Source of the DNA: Eledone cirrhosa
Lineage: Eukaryota
NCBI GenBank assembly: GCA_964016885.1
Contig: OZ024743.1
Coordinates: 221,774,001 to 221,838,000 of the forward strand
Direction: 5' to 3'
DNA: 64,000 nt
The notes beneath the pieces are model-generated. The model worked only from the letters and a program-made list of their open reading frames with translations. It was not told the DNA's origin and made no database searches. The position numbers were made by a program, and so were the translations under genes. Shown one piece after another: positions 40,861-53,489 of this stretch; the first letter of the stretch is position 1; each line of letters opens with the position of its first letter.

Positions 40861-41290
40861 CGTGTGTTTGTGTGTGTGTGTGCGTGAGTGTGCGTCAAAG
40901 TGGAGGAGATAAAAATAGTATGAGTATGTATGAATATGTGTGTGAGAGAGAGAGAAATAGTATGTGTACATGTGAGTGTGTGTGAGAGATAGTATGTGTA
41001 TACATGAGTGTGTGTGTGTGAGAGAGAGAGAGAGATAGTATGTGCATACATGACTGTGTGTGTGGGAGAGAAAGATAGTATATGTGTATATGTGTATGGG
41101 TGGGTAATGAGCAATGGGGAGAACGAATAATGTGAAAAAGATAAAGAGAAGGGGTAAAAGATGGGGGAGCCGACCGAGATGTATGGGGAGAGGGGAGAAT
41201 AGAAAAATGTTATCTTTTAGGGGGAGGGTAAGAGGGAGAGAGAGAAAAGGAAATATCGTTTAAAAGTGAAAAAAGATTGTTTTTAATGGA

Positions 41291-44200
41291 AACGTTGGAG
41301 TAAGGTGTAGGTAACGTTGGAGTAAGGTGTAGGTAACGTTGGGGTAAGGTGTAGGTAACGTTGGGGTAATGTGTAGGTAACGTTGGAGTAAGGTGTAGGT
41401 AACATTGGAGTAAGGTGTAGGTAACGTTGGGGTAAGGTGTAGGTAACGTTGGGGTAGGGTGTAGGTAACGTTGGAGTAAGGTGTAGGTAACGTTGGGGTA
41501 AGGTGTAGGTAACGTTGGGGTAATGTGTAGGTAACGTTGGAGTAAGGTGTAGGTAACATTGGAGTAAGGTGTAGGTAACGTTGGGGTAAGGTGTAGGTAA
41601 CGTTGGGGTAAGGTGTAGGTAACGTTGGAGTAGGGTGTAGGTAACATTGGAGTAAGGTGTAGGTAACGTTGGGGTAAGGTGTAGGTAACGTTGGGGTAAG
41701 GTGTAGGTAACGTTGGAGTAAGGTGTAGGTAACGTTGGAGTAAGGTGTAGGTAACGTTGGAGTAAGGTGTAGGTAACGTTGGGGTAATGTGTAGGTAACG
41801 TTGGGGTAAGTGTAGGTAATGTTGGGGTAAGGTGCAGGTAATGTTGGGGTAAGGTGTAGGTAACGTTGGAGTAAGGTGTAGGTAAGGTTGGAGTAATGTG
41901 CAGGTAACTTGGAGTAAGGTGCAGGTAATGTTGGGGTAAGGTGTAGGTAACGTTGGAGTAAGGTGTAGGTAACGTTGGAGTAATGTGCAGGTAACTTGGA
42001 GTAAGGTGTAGGTAACGTTGGAGTAAGGTGCAGGTAACTTGGAGTAAGGTGTAGGTAACGTTGGGGTAATGCGTAGATAACGTTGGGGTAAGGTGTAGGT
42101 AACGTTGCGGTAAGGTGTAGGTGACGTTGTAGTAAGGTATAGGTAACGTTGGGGCAATGTGTATGTAAGGTTGGAGTAAGATGTAGGGAACGTTGGAGTA
42201 ATGTGTAGGTAACGTTGGGGTAAGGTTTAGGTAATGTTGGGGTAAGGTTTAGGTAACGTTGGAGTAAGGTGTAGGTAACGTTGGAGTAAGGTGTATGTGA
42301 CGTTGGGGTAAAGTTTAGGTAACGTTAGAGTAAGGCGTAGGTAACGTTGGAGTAATGTGTAGGTAACGTTGGAGTAAGGTGTAGGTAACGTTGGACTAAG
42401 GTGTAGGTAACGCTGGAGTAAGGTTTAGGTAACGTTGGAGTAAGATGTAGGTAACGTTGGAGTAAGGTGTAGGTAACGTTGGAGTAAGGTGTAGGTAACG
42501 TTGGAGTAATGTGTAGGTAACGTTGGACTAAGGTGTAGGTAACGTTGGAGTAAGGTTTAGGTAACGTTGGAGTAAGGTGTAGGTAACGTTGGAGGAAGGT
42601 GTATGTGACATTGGGGTAAAGTTTAGGTAACGTTGGAGTAAGGTGTAGGTAACGTTGGAGTAAGGTGTAGGTAACATTGGAGTAAGGGGTAGGTAACGTT
42701 AGAGTAAGGTGTAGGAACGTTGGAGTAAGGTGTAGGTAACGTTGGAGTAAGGTGTAAGTAATGTTGTAGTAAGGTGTAGGTAACGTTGGAGTAAGGTGTA
42801 GGTAACGTTGGAGTAAGGTGTAGGTAACGTTGGAGTAAGGTGTATGTAACGTTGGAGTAAGGTGTATGTAACGTTGGAGTAAGGTGTATGTAACGTTGGA
42901 CTAAGGTGTAGGTAACGTTGGAGTAAGGTGTATGTAACGTTGGAGTAAGGTGTAGGTAACGTTGGAGTAAGGTGTAGGTAACGTTGGAGTAAGGTGTAGG
43001 TAACGTTGGAGTAAGGTGTAGGTAACGTTGGAGTAAGGTGTATGTAACGTTGGACTAAGGTGTAGGTAACGTTGGAGTAAGGTGTAGGTAACGTTGGAAT
43101 AAGGTGTATGTAACGTTGGACTAAGGTGTAGGTAACGTTGGAGTAAGGTGTAGGTAACGTTGGAGTAAGGTGTAGGTAACGTTGGAGTAAGGTGTAGGTA
43201 ACGTTGGGGTAATGTGTATGTAACGTTGGAGTAATGTTTAGGTAACGTTGGAGTAATGTGTAGGTAACGTTGGAGTAAGGTGTAGGTAACGTTGGAGTAA
43301 GGTGTAGGTAACGTTGGAGTAAAGTTTAGGTAACGTTAGAGTAAGGCGTAGGTAACGTTGGAGTAAGGTGTAGGTAACTTTGGAGTAAGGTGTAGGTAAC
43401 GTTGGAGTAAGGTGTAGGTAACGTTGGAGTAAGGTGTAGGTAACGTTGGACTAAGGTGTAGGTAACGTTGGAGTAAGGTTTAGGTAACGTTGGAGTAAGA
43501 TGTAGGTAACGTTGGAGTAAGGTGTAGGTAACGTTGGAGTAAGGTGTAGGTAACGTTGGAGTAATGTGTAGGTAACGTTGGACTAAGGTGTAGGTAACGT
43601 TGGAGTAAGGTTTAGGTAACGTTGGAGTAAGGCGTAGGTAACGTTGGAGTAAGGTGTATGTGACATTGGGGTAAAGTTTAGGTAACGTTGGAGTAAGGTG
43701 TAGGTAACGTTGGAGTAAGGTGTAGGTAACGTTGCCGTAAGGTGTAGATAACGTTGTAGTAAGCTGTAGGTAACGTTGGAGTAAGGTGTAGGTAACATTG
43801 GAAAAGGGGTAGGTAACGTTAGAGTAAGGTGTAGGAACGTTGGAGTAAGGTGTAGGTAACGTTGGAGTAAGGTGTAGGTAATGTTGTAGTAAGGTGTAGG
43901 TAATGTTGGAGTAAGGTGTAGGTAACGTTGGAGTAAGGTGTAGGTAACCTTGGAGTAAGGTGTATGTAACGTTGGAGTAAGGTGTAGGTAACGTTGGAGT
44001 AAGGTGTAGGTAATGTTGTAGTAAGGTGTAGGTAATGTTGGAGTAAGGTGTAGGTAACGTTGGAGTAAGGTGTAGGTAACGTTGGAGTAAGGTGTAGGTA
44101 ACGTTGGAGTAAGGTGTATGTAACGTTGGACTAAGGAGTAGGTAACGTTGGAGTAAGGTGTATGTAACGTTGGACTAAGGTGTAGATAACGTTGGAGTAA

Positions 44201-47200
44201 GGTGTAGGTAACGTTGGAGTAAGGTGTATGTAACGTTGGACTAAGGTGTAGATAACGTTGGAGTAAGGTGTAGGTAACGTTGGAGTAAGGTGTAGGTAAC
44301 GTTGGAGTAAGGTGTATGTAACGTTGGACTAAGGTGTAGATAACGTTGGAGTAAGGTGTATGTAACGTTGGAGTAAGGTGTAGGTAACGTTGGAGTAAGG
44401 TGTAGGTAACGTTGGAGTAAGGTGTATGTAACGTTGGACTAAGGTGTAGATATCGTTGGAGTAAGGTGTAGGTAACGTTGGAATAAGGTGTATGTAACGT
44501 TGGACTAAGGTGTAGGTAACGTTGGAGTAAGGTGTAGGTAACGTTGGAGTAAGGTGTAGGTAACGTTGGAGTAAGGTGTAGGTAACGTTGGGGTAATGTG
44601 TATGTAACGTTGGAGTAATGTTTAGGTAACGTTGGAGTAATGTGTAGGTAACGTTGGAGTAAGGTGTAGGTAACGTTGGAGTAAGGTGTAGGTAACGTTG
44701 GAGTAAGGTGTAGGTAACGTTGGAGTAAGGTGTAGGTAACGTTTGAGTAATGTGTATGTAACGTTGGAGTAATGTTTAGGTAACGTTGGAGTAAGGTGTA
44801 GGTAACGTTGGAGTAATGTTTAGGTAACGTTGGAGTAAGAAGTAGGTAATGTTGGAGTAAGGTGTAGGTAACGTTGGAGTAAGGTGTAGGTAACGTTGGA
44901 ATTATGTTTAGGTAACATTGGAGTAAGGTGTAGGTAACGTTGCAGTAAGGAGTAGGTAACGTTGGGGTAAGGTGTAGGTAACGTTGGAGTAAGGTGTAGG
45001 TAACGTTGGAGTAATGTGTAGGTAACGTTGGGGTAAAGTGTAGGTAACGTTGGAGTATGGTGTAGGTAACATTGGGGTAATGTGTAGGTAACGTTAGAGT
45101 AAGGTGTAGGTAACGTTGGAGTAATGTGTAGGTAAATTGGGGTAAGGTTTAGGTAACGTTGGGGTATGGTTTAGGTAACGTTGGGGTAAGGTGTAGGTAA
45201 CGTTGGAGTAAGGTGTAGGTAACGTTGGAGTAAGGTGTAGGTATCGTTGGAGTAAGGTGTAGGTAACGTTGGAGTAATGTGTAGGTAACGTTGGTGTAAG
45301 GTGTAGGTAACGTTGGAAAAGGTGTAGGTAACGTTGGGGGAAGGTGTAGGTAACGTTGGAGTAAAGTGTAGGTAACGTTGGGGTAATGTGTAGGTAACGT
45401 TGGAGTAAGGTGTAGGTAACGTTGGGGTAACGTGTAGGTAACGTTCGAGTAAGGTGTAGGTAACGTTGGGGTAATGCGTAGATAACGTTGGGGTAAGGTG
45501 TAGGTAACGTTGGGGTAAGGTGTAGGTGACGTTGTAGTAAGGTATAGGTAACGTTGGGGCAATGTGTAGGTAACGTTGGGGTAAGGTTTAGGTAACGTTG
45601 GGGTAAGGTTTAGGTAACGTTAGAGTAAGGTATAGATAACGTTAGAGTAGGTTGTAGGTCACGTTGGAGTAAGGTGTAGGTAACGTTGGAGTAAGGTGTA
45701 GGTAACGTTGGAGTAAGGTGTAGGTAACGTTGGAGTAATGTGTAGGTAACGTTGGAGTAATGTGTAGGTAACGTTGGAGTAAGGTGTAGGTAACGTTGGA
45801 GTAAATGTAGGTAACGTTGCAGTATGGTGTAGGTAACGTTGGACTAAGGTGTAGGTAACGTTGGAGTAAGGTTTAGGTAACGTTGGAGTAAGGTGTAGGT
45901 AACGATGGAGTAAGGTGTATGTGACGTTGGGGTAAAGTTTAGGTAACGTTGGAGTAAGGTGTAGGTAACGTTGGAGTAAGGTGTATGTGACGTTGGGGTA
46001 AAGTTTAGGTAACGTTGGTGTAAGGTGTAGGTAACGTTGGAGTAAGGTGTATGTGACGTTGGGGTAAAGTTTAGGTAACGTTGGAGTAAGGTGTAGGTAA
46101 CGTTGGAGTAAGGTGTATGTGACGTTGGGGTAAAGTTTAGGTAACGTTGGAGTAAGGTGTAGGTAACGTTGGAGTAAGGTGTAGGTAACGTTGGAGTAAG
46201 GTGTATGTAACGTTGGACTAAGGAGTAGGTAACGTTGGAGTAAGGTGTATGTAACGTTGGACTAAGGTGTAGATAACGTTGGAGTAAGGTGTAGGTAACG
46301 TTGGAGTAAGGTGTATGTACCGTTGGACTAAGGTGTAGATAACGTTGGAGTAAGGTGTAGGTAACGTTGGAGTAAGGTGTAGGTAACGTTGGAGTAAGGT
46401 GTATGTAACGTTGGACTAAGGTGTAGATAACGTTGGAGTAAGGTGTATGTAACGTTGGAGTAAGGTGTAGGTAACGTTGGAGTAAGGTGTAGGTAACGTT
46501 GGAGTAAGGTGTATGTAACGCTGGACTAAGGTGTAGATAACGTTGGAGTAAGGTGTAGGTAACGTTGGAATAAGGTGTATGTAACGTTGGACTAAGGTGT
46601 AGGTAACGTTGGAGTAAGGTGTAGGTAACGTTGGAGTAAGGTGTAGGTAACGTTGGAGTAAGGTGTAGGTAACGTTGGGGTAATGTGTATGTAACGTTGG
46701 AGTAATGTGTAGGTAACGTTGGAGTAAGGTGTAGGTAACGTTGGAGTAAGGTGTAGGTAACGTTGGAGTAAGGTGTAGGTAACGTTGGAGTAAGGTGTAG
46801 GTAACGTTGGAGTAATGTGTATGTAACGTTGGAGTAATGTTTAGGTAACGTTGGAGTAAGGTGTAGGTAACGTTGGAGTAATGTTTAGGTAACGTTGGAG
46901 TAAGGTGTAGGTAACGTTGGAGTAATGTGTAGGTAACGTTGGAGTAAGAAGTAGGTAACGTTGGAGTAAGGTGTAGGTAACGTTGGAGTAAGGTGTAGGT
47001 AACGTTGGAATTATGTTTAGGTAACATTGGAGTAAGGTGTAGGTAACGTTGCAGTAAGGAGTAGGTAACGTTGGGGTAAGGTGTAGGTAACGTTGGAGTA
47101 AGGTGTAGGTAACGTTGGAGTAATGTGTAGGTAACGTTGGGGTAAAGTGTAGGTAACGTTGGAGTATGGTGTAGGTAACATTGGGGTAATGTGTAGGTAA

Positions 47201-49902
47201 CGTTAGAGTAAGGTGTAGGTAACGTTGGAGTAATGTGTAGGTAAATTGGGGTAAGGTTTAGGTAACGTTGGGGTATGGTTTAGGTAACGTTGGGGTAAGG
47301 TGTAGGTAACGTTGGAGTAAGGTGTAGGTAACGTTGGAGTAAGGTGTAGGTATCGTTGGAGTAAGGTGTAGGTAACGTTGGAGTAATGTGTAGGTAACGT
47401 TGGTGTAAGGTGTAGGTAACGTTGGAAAAGGTGTAGGTAACGTTGGGGGAAGGTGTAGGTAACGTTGGAGTAAAGTGTAGGTAACGTTGGGGTAATGTGT
47501 AGGTAACGTTGGAGTAAGGTGTAGGTAACGTTGGGGTAGCGTGTAGGTAACGTTCGAGTAAGGTGTAGGTAACGTTGGGGTAATGCGTAGATAACGTTGG
47601 GGTAAGGTGTAGGTAACGTTGGGGTAAGGTGTAGGTGACGTTGTAGTAAGGTATAGGTAACGTTGGGGCAATGTGTAGGTAACGTTGGGGTAAGGTTTAG
47701 GTAACGTTGGGGTAAGGTTTAGGTAACGTTAGAGTAAGGTATAGATAACGTTAGAGTAGGTTGTAGGTCACGTTGGAGTAAGGTGTAGGTAACGTTGGTG
47801 TAAGGTGTAGGTAACGTTGGAGTAAATGTAGGTAACGTTGCAGTATGGTGTAGGTAACGTTGGACTAAGGTGTAGGTAACGTTGGAGTAAGGTTTAGGTA
47901 ACGTTGGAGTAAGGTGTAGGTAACGTTGGAGTAAGGTGTATGTGACGTTGGGGTAAAGTTTAGGTAACGTTGGTGTAAGGTGTAGGTAACGTTGGAGTAA
48001 GGTGTATGTGACGTTGGGGTAAAGTTTAGGTAACGTTGGAGTAAGGTGTAGGTAACGTTGGAGTAAGGTGTATGTGACGTTGGGGTAAAGTTTAGGTAAC
48101 GTTGGAGTAAGGTGTAGGTAACGTTGGAGTAAGGTGTATGTGACGTTGGGGTAAAGTTTAGGTAACGTTGGTGTAAGGTGTAGGTAACGTTGGAGTAAGG
48201 TGTATGTGACGTTGGGGTAAAGTTTAGGTAACGTTGGAGTAAGGTGTAGGTAACGTTGGAGTAAGGTGTATGTGACGTTGGGGTAAAGTTTAGGTAACGT
48301 TGGAGTAAGGTGTAGGTAACGCTGGAGTAAGGTGTAGGTAACGTTAGAGTAAGGTGTATGTAACGTTGGAGTAAGGTGTATGTAACGTTGGAGTAAGGTG
48401 TAGGTAACGTTAGAGTAAGGTGTAGGTAACGTTGGAGTAATGTGTAAGTAACATTGGAGTAAGGGGTAGGTAACGTTAGAGTAAGGTGTATGTAACGTTG
48501 GAGTAAGGTGTAGGTAACGTTGGAGTAAGGTGTAGGTAACGTTGGGGTAATGTTTAGGTAACGTTGGAGTAAGGAGTAGGTAACGTTGGAGTAAGGAGTA
48601 GGTAACGTTGGAGTAAGGTGTAGGTAACGTTGGAGTAAGGTGTAGGTAACGTTGGAATAATGTTTAGGTAACATTGGAGTAAGGTTTAGGTAACGTTGGG
48701 GTAAGGTGCAGGTAACGTTGGAGTAAGGTGTAGGTAACGTTGGGGTAAGATGTAGGTAACGTTGGAGTAGGGTATAGGCAACGTTGGAGTAAGGAGTGGG
48801 TAACGTTGGAGTAAGGTGTAGGTAACGTTGCAGTAGGGTGTAGGTAACGTTGCAGTAGGGTGTAGGATAACGTTGGAGTAAGGTGTACGTAACGTTGCAG
48901 TAGGGTTTAGGTAACGTTGGAGTAAGGAACGTTGGAGAAAGTGGGAGGTAACGTTGGAGTGAGGTGTAGGTAACATTGGAGTAGGGTGTACGTAACATTG
49001 GAGTAAGGTGTATGTAACGTTGGAGTAAGGTCTAGGTAACGTTGGAGTATGGTGTAGGTAACGTTGGAGTAAGGTGTAGGTAACGTTGGAGCAGGGTGTA
49101 GGTAACGTTGGAGTAAGGTGTAGGTAACGTTAGAGTAAGGAGTAGGTAACGTTGGGGTAAGGTGTAGGTAACGTTGGAGTAAGGTGAAGGTAACGTTGGA
49201 GTAAGGTGTAGGTAACGTTGGAGTAAGCTGAAGGTAACGTTGGAGTAAGGTGTAGGTAACGTTGGGGTAAGGTGTAGGTAACGATGGACTAATGTGTAGG
49301 TAACGTTGGAGTAAGATGAAGGTAACGTTGGAGTAAGGTGTAGGTAACATTGGGAGTAATGTGTAGATAACGTTGGAGTAATGTTTAGATAACGTTGGAG
49401 TAAGTTTTATGTAACGTTGGAGTAAGGAGTAGGTAACGTTGGAGTAAGAAGAAGGTAACGTTGGAGTAGAGAGTAGGTAACGTTGGGGTAAGGTGTAAGT
49501 AACGTTGGAGTAATGTGTAGGTAACGTTGGAGTAAGGTGTAGGTAACGTTGGAGTAATGTTTAGGTAACGTTGGAGTAAGGAGTAGGTAACGTTGGAGTA
49601 AAAAGTAGGTAACGTTGGAGTAAGGAGTAGGTAACGTTGGAGTAAAAAGTAGGTAACGTTGGAGTTAGGATTAGGTAACGTTGGAGTAAGGAGTAGGTAA
49701 CGTTGGAGTAAAGAGTAGGTAACGTTGGAGTAAGGTGTAGGTAACGTTGGAGTAAGGAGTAGGTAACGTTGGAGTAAGGAGTAGGTAACGTTGGAGTAAG
49801 GTGTAGGTAACGTTGGAGTAAGGAGTAGGTAACGTTGGAGTAAGGAGTAGGTAACGTTGGAGTAAGGTGTAGGTAACGTTGGAGTAAGGTGTAGGTAACG
49901 TT
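41291..49902. repeat. 22-bp satellite array (~390 copies)
   Basis: Unit GTAACGTTGGAGTAAGGTGTAG; internal 2109-bp higher-order duplication. Confidence 0.97.
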
Positions 49903-50286
49903 GAAGTTGGGTGTAGGTAAATTGTAAGGTGTAGATGTAGGTGTGTGAGAGAGAGAGAAATAGTATGAGCATGTATGAATATGTGTGTGAGAGAGAAATA
50001 GTATGTGTATATGTGAGTGTGTGTGAGAGATAGTATGTGTATACATGACTGTGTGTGTGGGAGAGAGTGATAGTATATGTGTATGTGTGTATGGGTGGGT
50101 AATGAGCAATGGGGAGAACGAATGATGTGAAAAAGATAAAGAGACAAGGGTAAAGGATGGGGAAGCCGACCGAGATGTATGGGGAGAGGGGAGAATAGAA
50201 AAATGTTATCTTTTAGGGGGAGGGTAAGAGGGAGAGAGAGAAAAGGAAATATCGTTTAAAAGTGAAAAAAGATTGTTTTTAATGGA

Positions 50287-50870
50287 AACGTTGGAGTAAG
50301 GTGTAGGTAAAGTTGGGGTAAGGTGTAGGTAACGTTGGAGTAAGGTGTAGGTAACGTTGGAGTAAGGTGTAGGTAAAGTTGGAGTAAGGTGTAGGTAACG
50401 TTGGAGTAATGTGTAGGTAACGTTGGAGTAAGGTGTAGCTAACGTTGTAGTAAGGTGTAGGTAACGTTGCGGTAAGGTGTAGATAACGTTGTAGTAAGCT
50501 GTAGGTAACGTTGGGGTAATGTGTAGGTAACGTTGGGGTAATGTTTACGTAACGTTGGAGTAAGGTGTAGGTACCGATGGAGTAAGGTGTAGGTAACGTT
50601 GGAGTAAGGTGTACGTAACTGTGTAGTAAGGTGTAGGTAACGTTGGGGTAAGGTGTAGCTAACGTTGTAGTAAGGTGTAGGTAACGTTGGGGTAATGTGT
50701 AGGTAACGTTGGGGTAAATTTAGGTAACGTTGTAGTAAGGTGTAGGTAACGTTGGGGTAAGGTGTAGGTAACGTTGGAGTATGGTGTAGGTGACGTTGGA
50801 GTAAGGTGTAGGTAACGTTGGAGTAAGGTGTAGGTAACGTTGGGTAAGGTGTTGGCAGCGTTGGAGTAAG
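50287..50870. repeat. Second block of the 22-bp satellite
   Basis: Same unit, preceded by a duplicated unique leader (49958-50286 ~ 40913-41290). Confidence 0.93.
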
Positions 50871-51046
50871 GGGTATAGTGAGAAAGTGAAAGGGGGGGAA
50901 AACCGAATTTTGAGAAGTGTTGTCGGAAGATACAATTAGACGAAAGGTGATATAGATAGATAGGAAATGTATATATATAAAACCTAATAACACTAATTGT
51001 TTTTGCTGTTTTTATTATATACATATATATATATATATATTAAACG

Positions 51047-51086
<40 letters not shown>

Positions 51087-51088
51087 TT

Positions 51089-51286
51089 ATCATGTTTAAT
51101 ATAGAAATGGCTTCTACAAGACTAGAACTGTTTCATTCCAAAGAATCACCGTGATGATTTCTTTTGAATGAAACAGTTCTAGTCAAATAGAAACCATGTC
51201 TATATTAAACATGATGTTTACACTCTACTAACGTATTGAATCGATTATCTTACTAACTATAATTACTCCCAATTGAACCCGGTACT
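51089..51286 (+). mobile_element. Family C terminus hairpin, diverged
   Basis: Arms ~51089-51148 / 51151-51215, tail to ~51286. Confidence 0.7.
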
Positions 51287-51287
51287 A

Positions 51288-51318
<31 letters not shown>

Positions 51319-51479
51319 AATGAAGTATTTCCGTAGGAATGGTAAAGGAAAAGTAAGTGCTCTATGTAGGCTATACAGAGCTTCCATATTATTCTTTCTG
51401 ACCACTGAAGACAGATATTTATATCTTTCTTCAAGAAACCACTTGTAAATGAATTAATTATCTTTTGTTATTTATCACA

Positions 51480-51550
<71 letters not shown>

Positions 51551-51766
51551 ATACTTTGGGAGGGTCATGTTGCCAATAAGAAACACACGCACCAGTTGCT
51601 TTCACTTCAATTTATTATAATAAATTTATAATAAATTTATAAATTTATAAATTTCTGGTTGGTTGCTTGGTTCCACAACCAGATAGTTGTTTATATATAG
51701 TCATTGTTCTTTCGTCACACACTCTGTGACCTCTTCAGTGACTGGGGATTCCTTTCTTTGTTTCGG

Positions 51767-52082
51767 TATAGCATAAGATGTACTGAAGGACAATGTAGAG
51801 ACAAAAATATTGTGTACATAGGTGAGACAGCTCGTAGTGTATGGGGAACGGACAATTGATCAGTGGCGAGACCTTCAAGATAATAAAGAATCATCTGTAC
51901 TCTACCAACATGCTAAAATAGAACACAAGAATAAATTAGAGAACATAGAAATAAAAATAGAATCTACACACAGAAAAGACGCAATGTTTAGACAAATTAC
52001 AGAGGCAATAAACATAAAAGAATTACAACCAAAATTAAATAGAAAATATGAGTGGAACAGCAACATCACAACTTACAATTAA
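51767..52082 (+). pseudogene. GIY-YIG endonuclease C-terminal fragment of a PLE ORF (frameshifted)
   Basis: YSIRCTEGQCRDKNIVYIGETARS, then after a frameshift GERTIDQWRDLQDNKESSVLYQHAKIEH...FRQITEAINIKELQPKLNRKYEW: YIGET, R, E and LN motifs of GIY-YIG. Confidence 0.85.
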
Positions 52083-52280
52083 GGACAAAATGAAAACACA
52101 CACACATAGAACAAACAACCAACCAGTAACATGTAAATAAACAAATAAATAAATGATCATAAACACACACAGACACCCGGATGTGGCGCATGCGCAGACT
52201 GAGCACACAACACACACACAGAAACAAAATGGCGTAGTACAGAACAAAGGAGAGGCACAGAAACAAAGAAAGGAATCCCC

Positions 52281-52325
52281 AGTCACTGAAGAGGTCACAG
52301 AGTGTGTGACGAAAGAACTATGACT
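52281..52325 (+). ncRNA. Minimal type I hammerhead ribozyme (family A)
   Basis: AGTCA-CTGAAGA-g-GTCACA-gagtg-TGTGAC-GAAA-G-aa-C-TA-TGACT; stem I AGTCA/TGACT, predicted cleavage after CUA; mirror copy at ~51699-51743 (minus). Confidence 0.8.
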
Positions 52326-52557
52326 ATATATAAACAACTATCTGGTCGTGGAACCAACCAACCAACCAGAAATTTATAAAATTATAAATATAAATTTATA
52401 AATTTATAAATTTATTATAAATTTATTATAATAAATTGAAGTGAAAGCTGGTGGTGCGTGTGTTTCTTATTGGCAACATGACCCTCCCAAAGTATAACAA
52501 TATCGGTTTCAACACACGATTTCAGATAAAGAATCCTGCTAAACAAATTCAGAAACG

Positions 52558-52634
<77 letters not shown>

Positions 52635-52678
52635 TGTATATATTTATATATATATATATATACACCTATATGTATATA

Positions 52679-52721
<43 letters not shown>

Positions 52722-52860
52722 GTTATTCCGGGTTGAATCGGAGGTAACCACAGTAAGTAAGGTACTCAATACATAGCAGAGTATAACAGTTTTCTGATTC
52801 CTGATGATTTCTAATGAATGAAACAGTTCTAGTCCTGTAGAATCTCATCTATATTAAAAC
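52722..52860 (-). mobile_element. Family C copy (tail minus, core-box arm plus)
   Basis: 52722-52793 is the reverse of the family C tail; 52800-52860 reads CCTGATGATTTCTAATGAATGAAACAGTTCTAGTCC...CTATATTAAAAC. Confidence 0.7.
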
Positions 52861-52878
52861 TATATATATATATATATA

Positions 52879-52909
<31 letters not shown>

Positions 52910-52910
52910 G

Positions 52911-52984
<74 letters not shown>

Positions 52985-53005
52985 AAAATATATACACACA
53001 CACAC

Positions 53006-53070
<65 letters not shown>

Positions 53071-53074
<4 letters not shown>

Positions 53075-53489
53075 GTTCCTTTCCTTGTTCTAGGCCCCGC
53101 TGCAACACCTATCCCCACATCACCCCCCCCCCCCCTTTCAGGGTCCCAACGGCCACTCTCTCTCTGTCCGGCATGCCTTCCGCTACACCTCCTCCAACAT
53201 AGTCTACGGACTTCGCTGCACGGAGTGCAGCGCGATTTACGTCGGACAGACGGGACGTCGCCTGGCGGACCGATTCACTGAGCACCTCCGGGATATTCGT
53301 CTCGGTGGTAGTTCCCCCATCGCCCGCCACTTTGGTGCCCCTGGACATTCCGCACGCCATCTCACAGTCTGTGGCCTACTCCAATGCCACGGAACACTCG
53401 CCAATCTCCTTAGAGTCGAACAAAGAACCATCTTCTTCTTACAGACCCACACTCCCCCCGGCCTGAACTCCCCACCCTTATTCCTTTAG
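53071..53489 (+). pseudogene. PLE linker plus GIY-YIG endonuclease remnant (not in the ORF track)
   Basis: [16 protein letters not shown], frameshift in poly-C, then [66 protein letters not shown]...VEQRTIFFLQTHTPPGLN, stop TAG 53487-53489. Confidence 0.92.

Larger units (their letters stand above)
51543..52560 (+). mobile_element. 5'-truncated Penelope-like element, family A copy 3, with inverted pLTR
   Basis: Inverted arm 51543-51764, GIY-YIG remnant 51767-52082, 3' UTR, sense arm 52260-52503, 57-nt tail 52504-52560; (TA)n both sides. Confidence 0.9.

Noticed and set aside
41210-50993. Long minus-strand ORFs (PTPYSNVTYTLLQRYLHL repeats)
   Set aside because: The C-rich strand of the 22-bp unit lacks stop codons in all frames; no domain or splice evidence.
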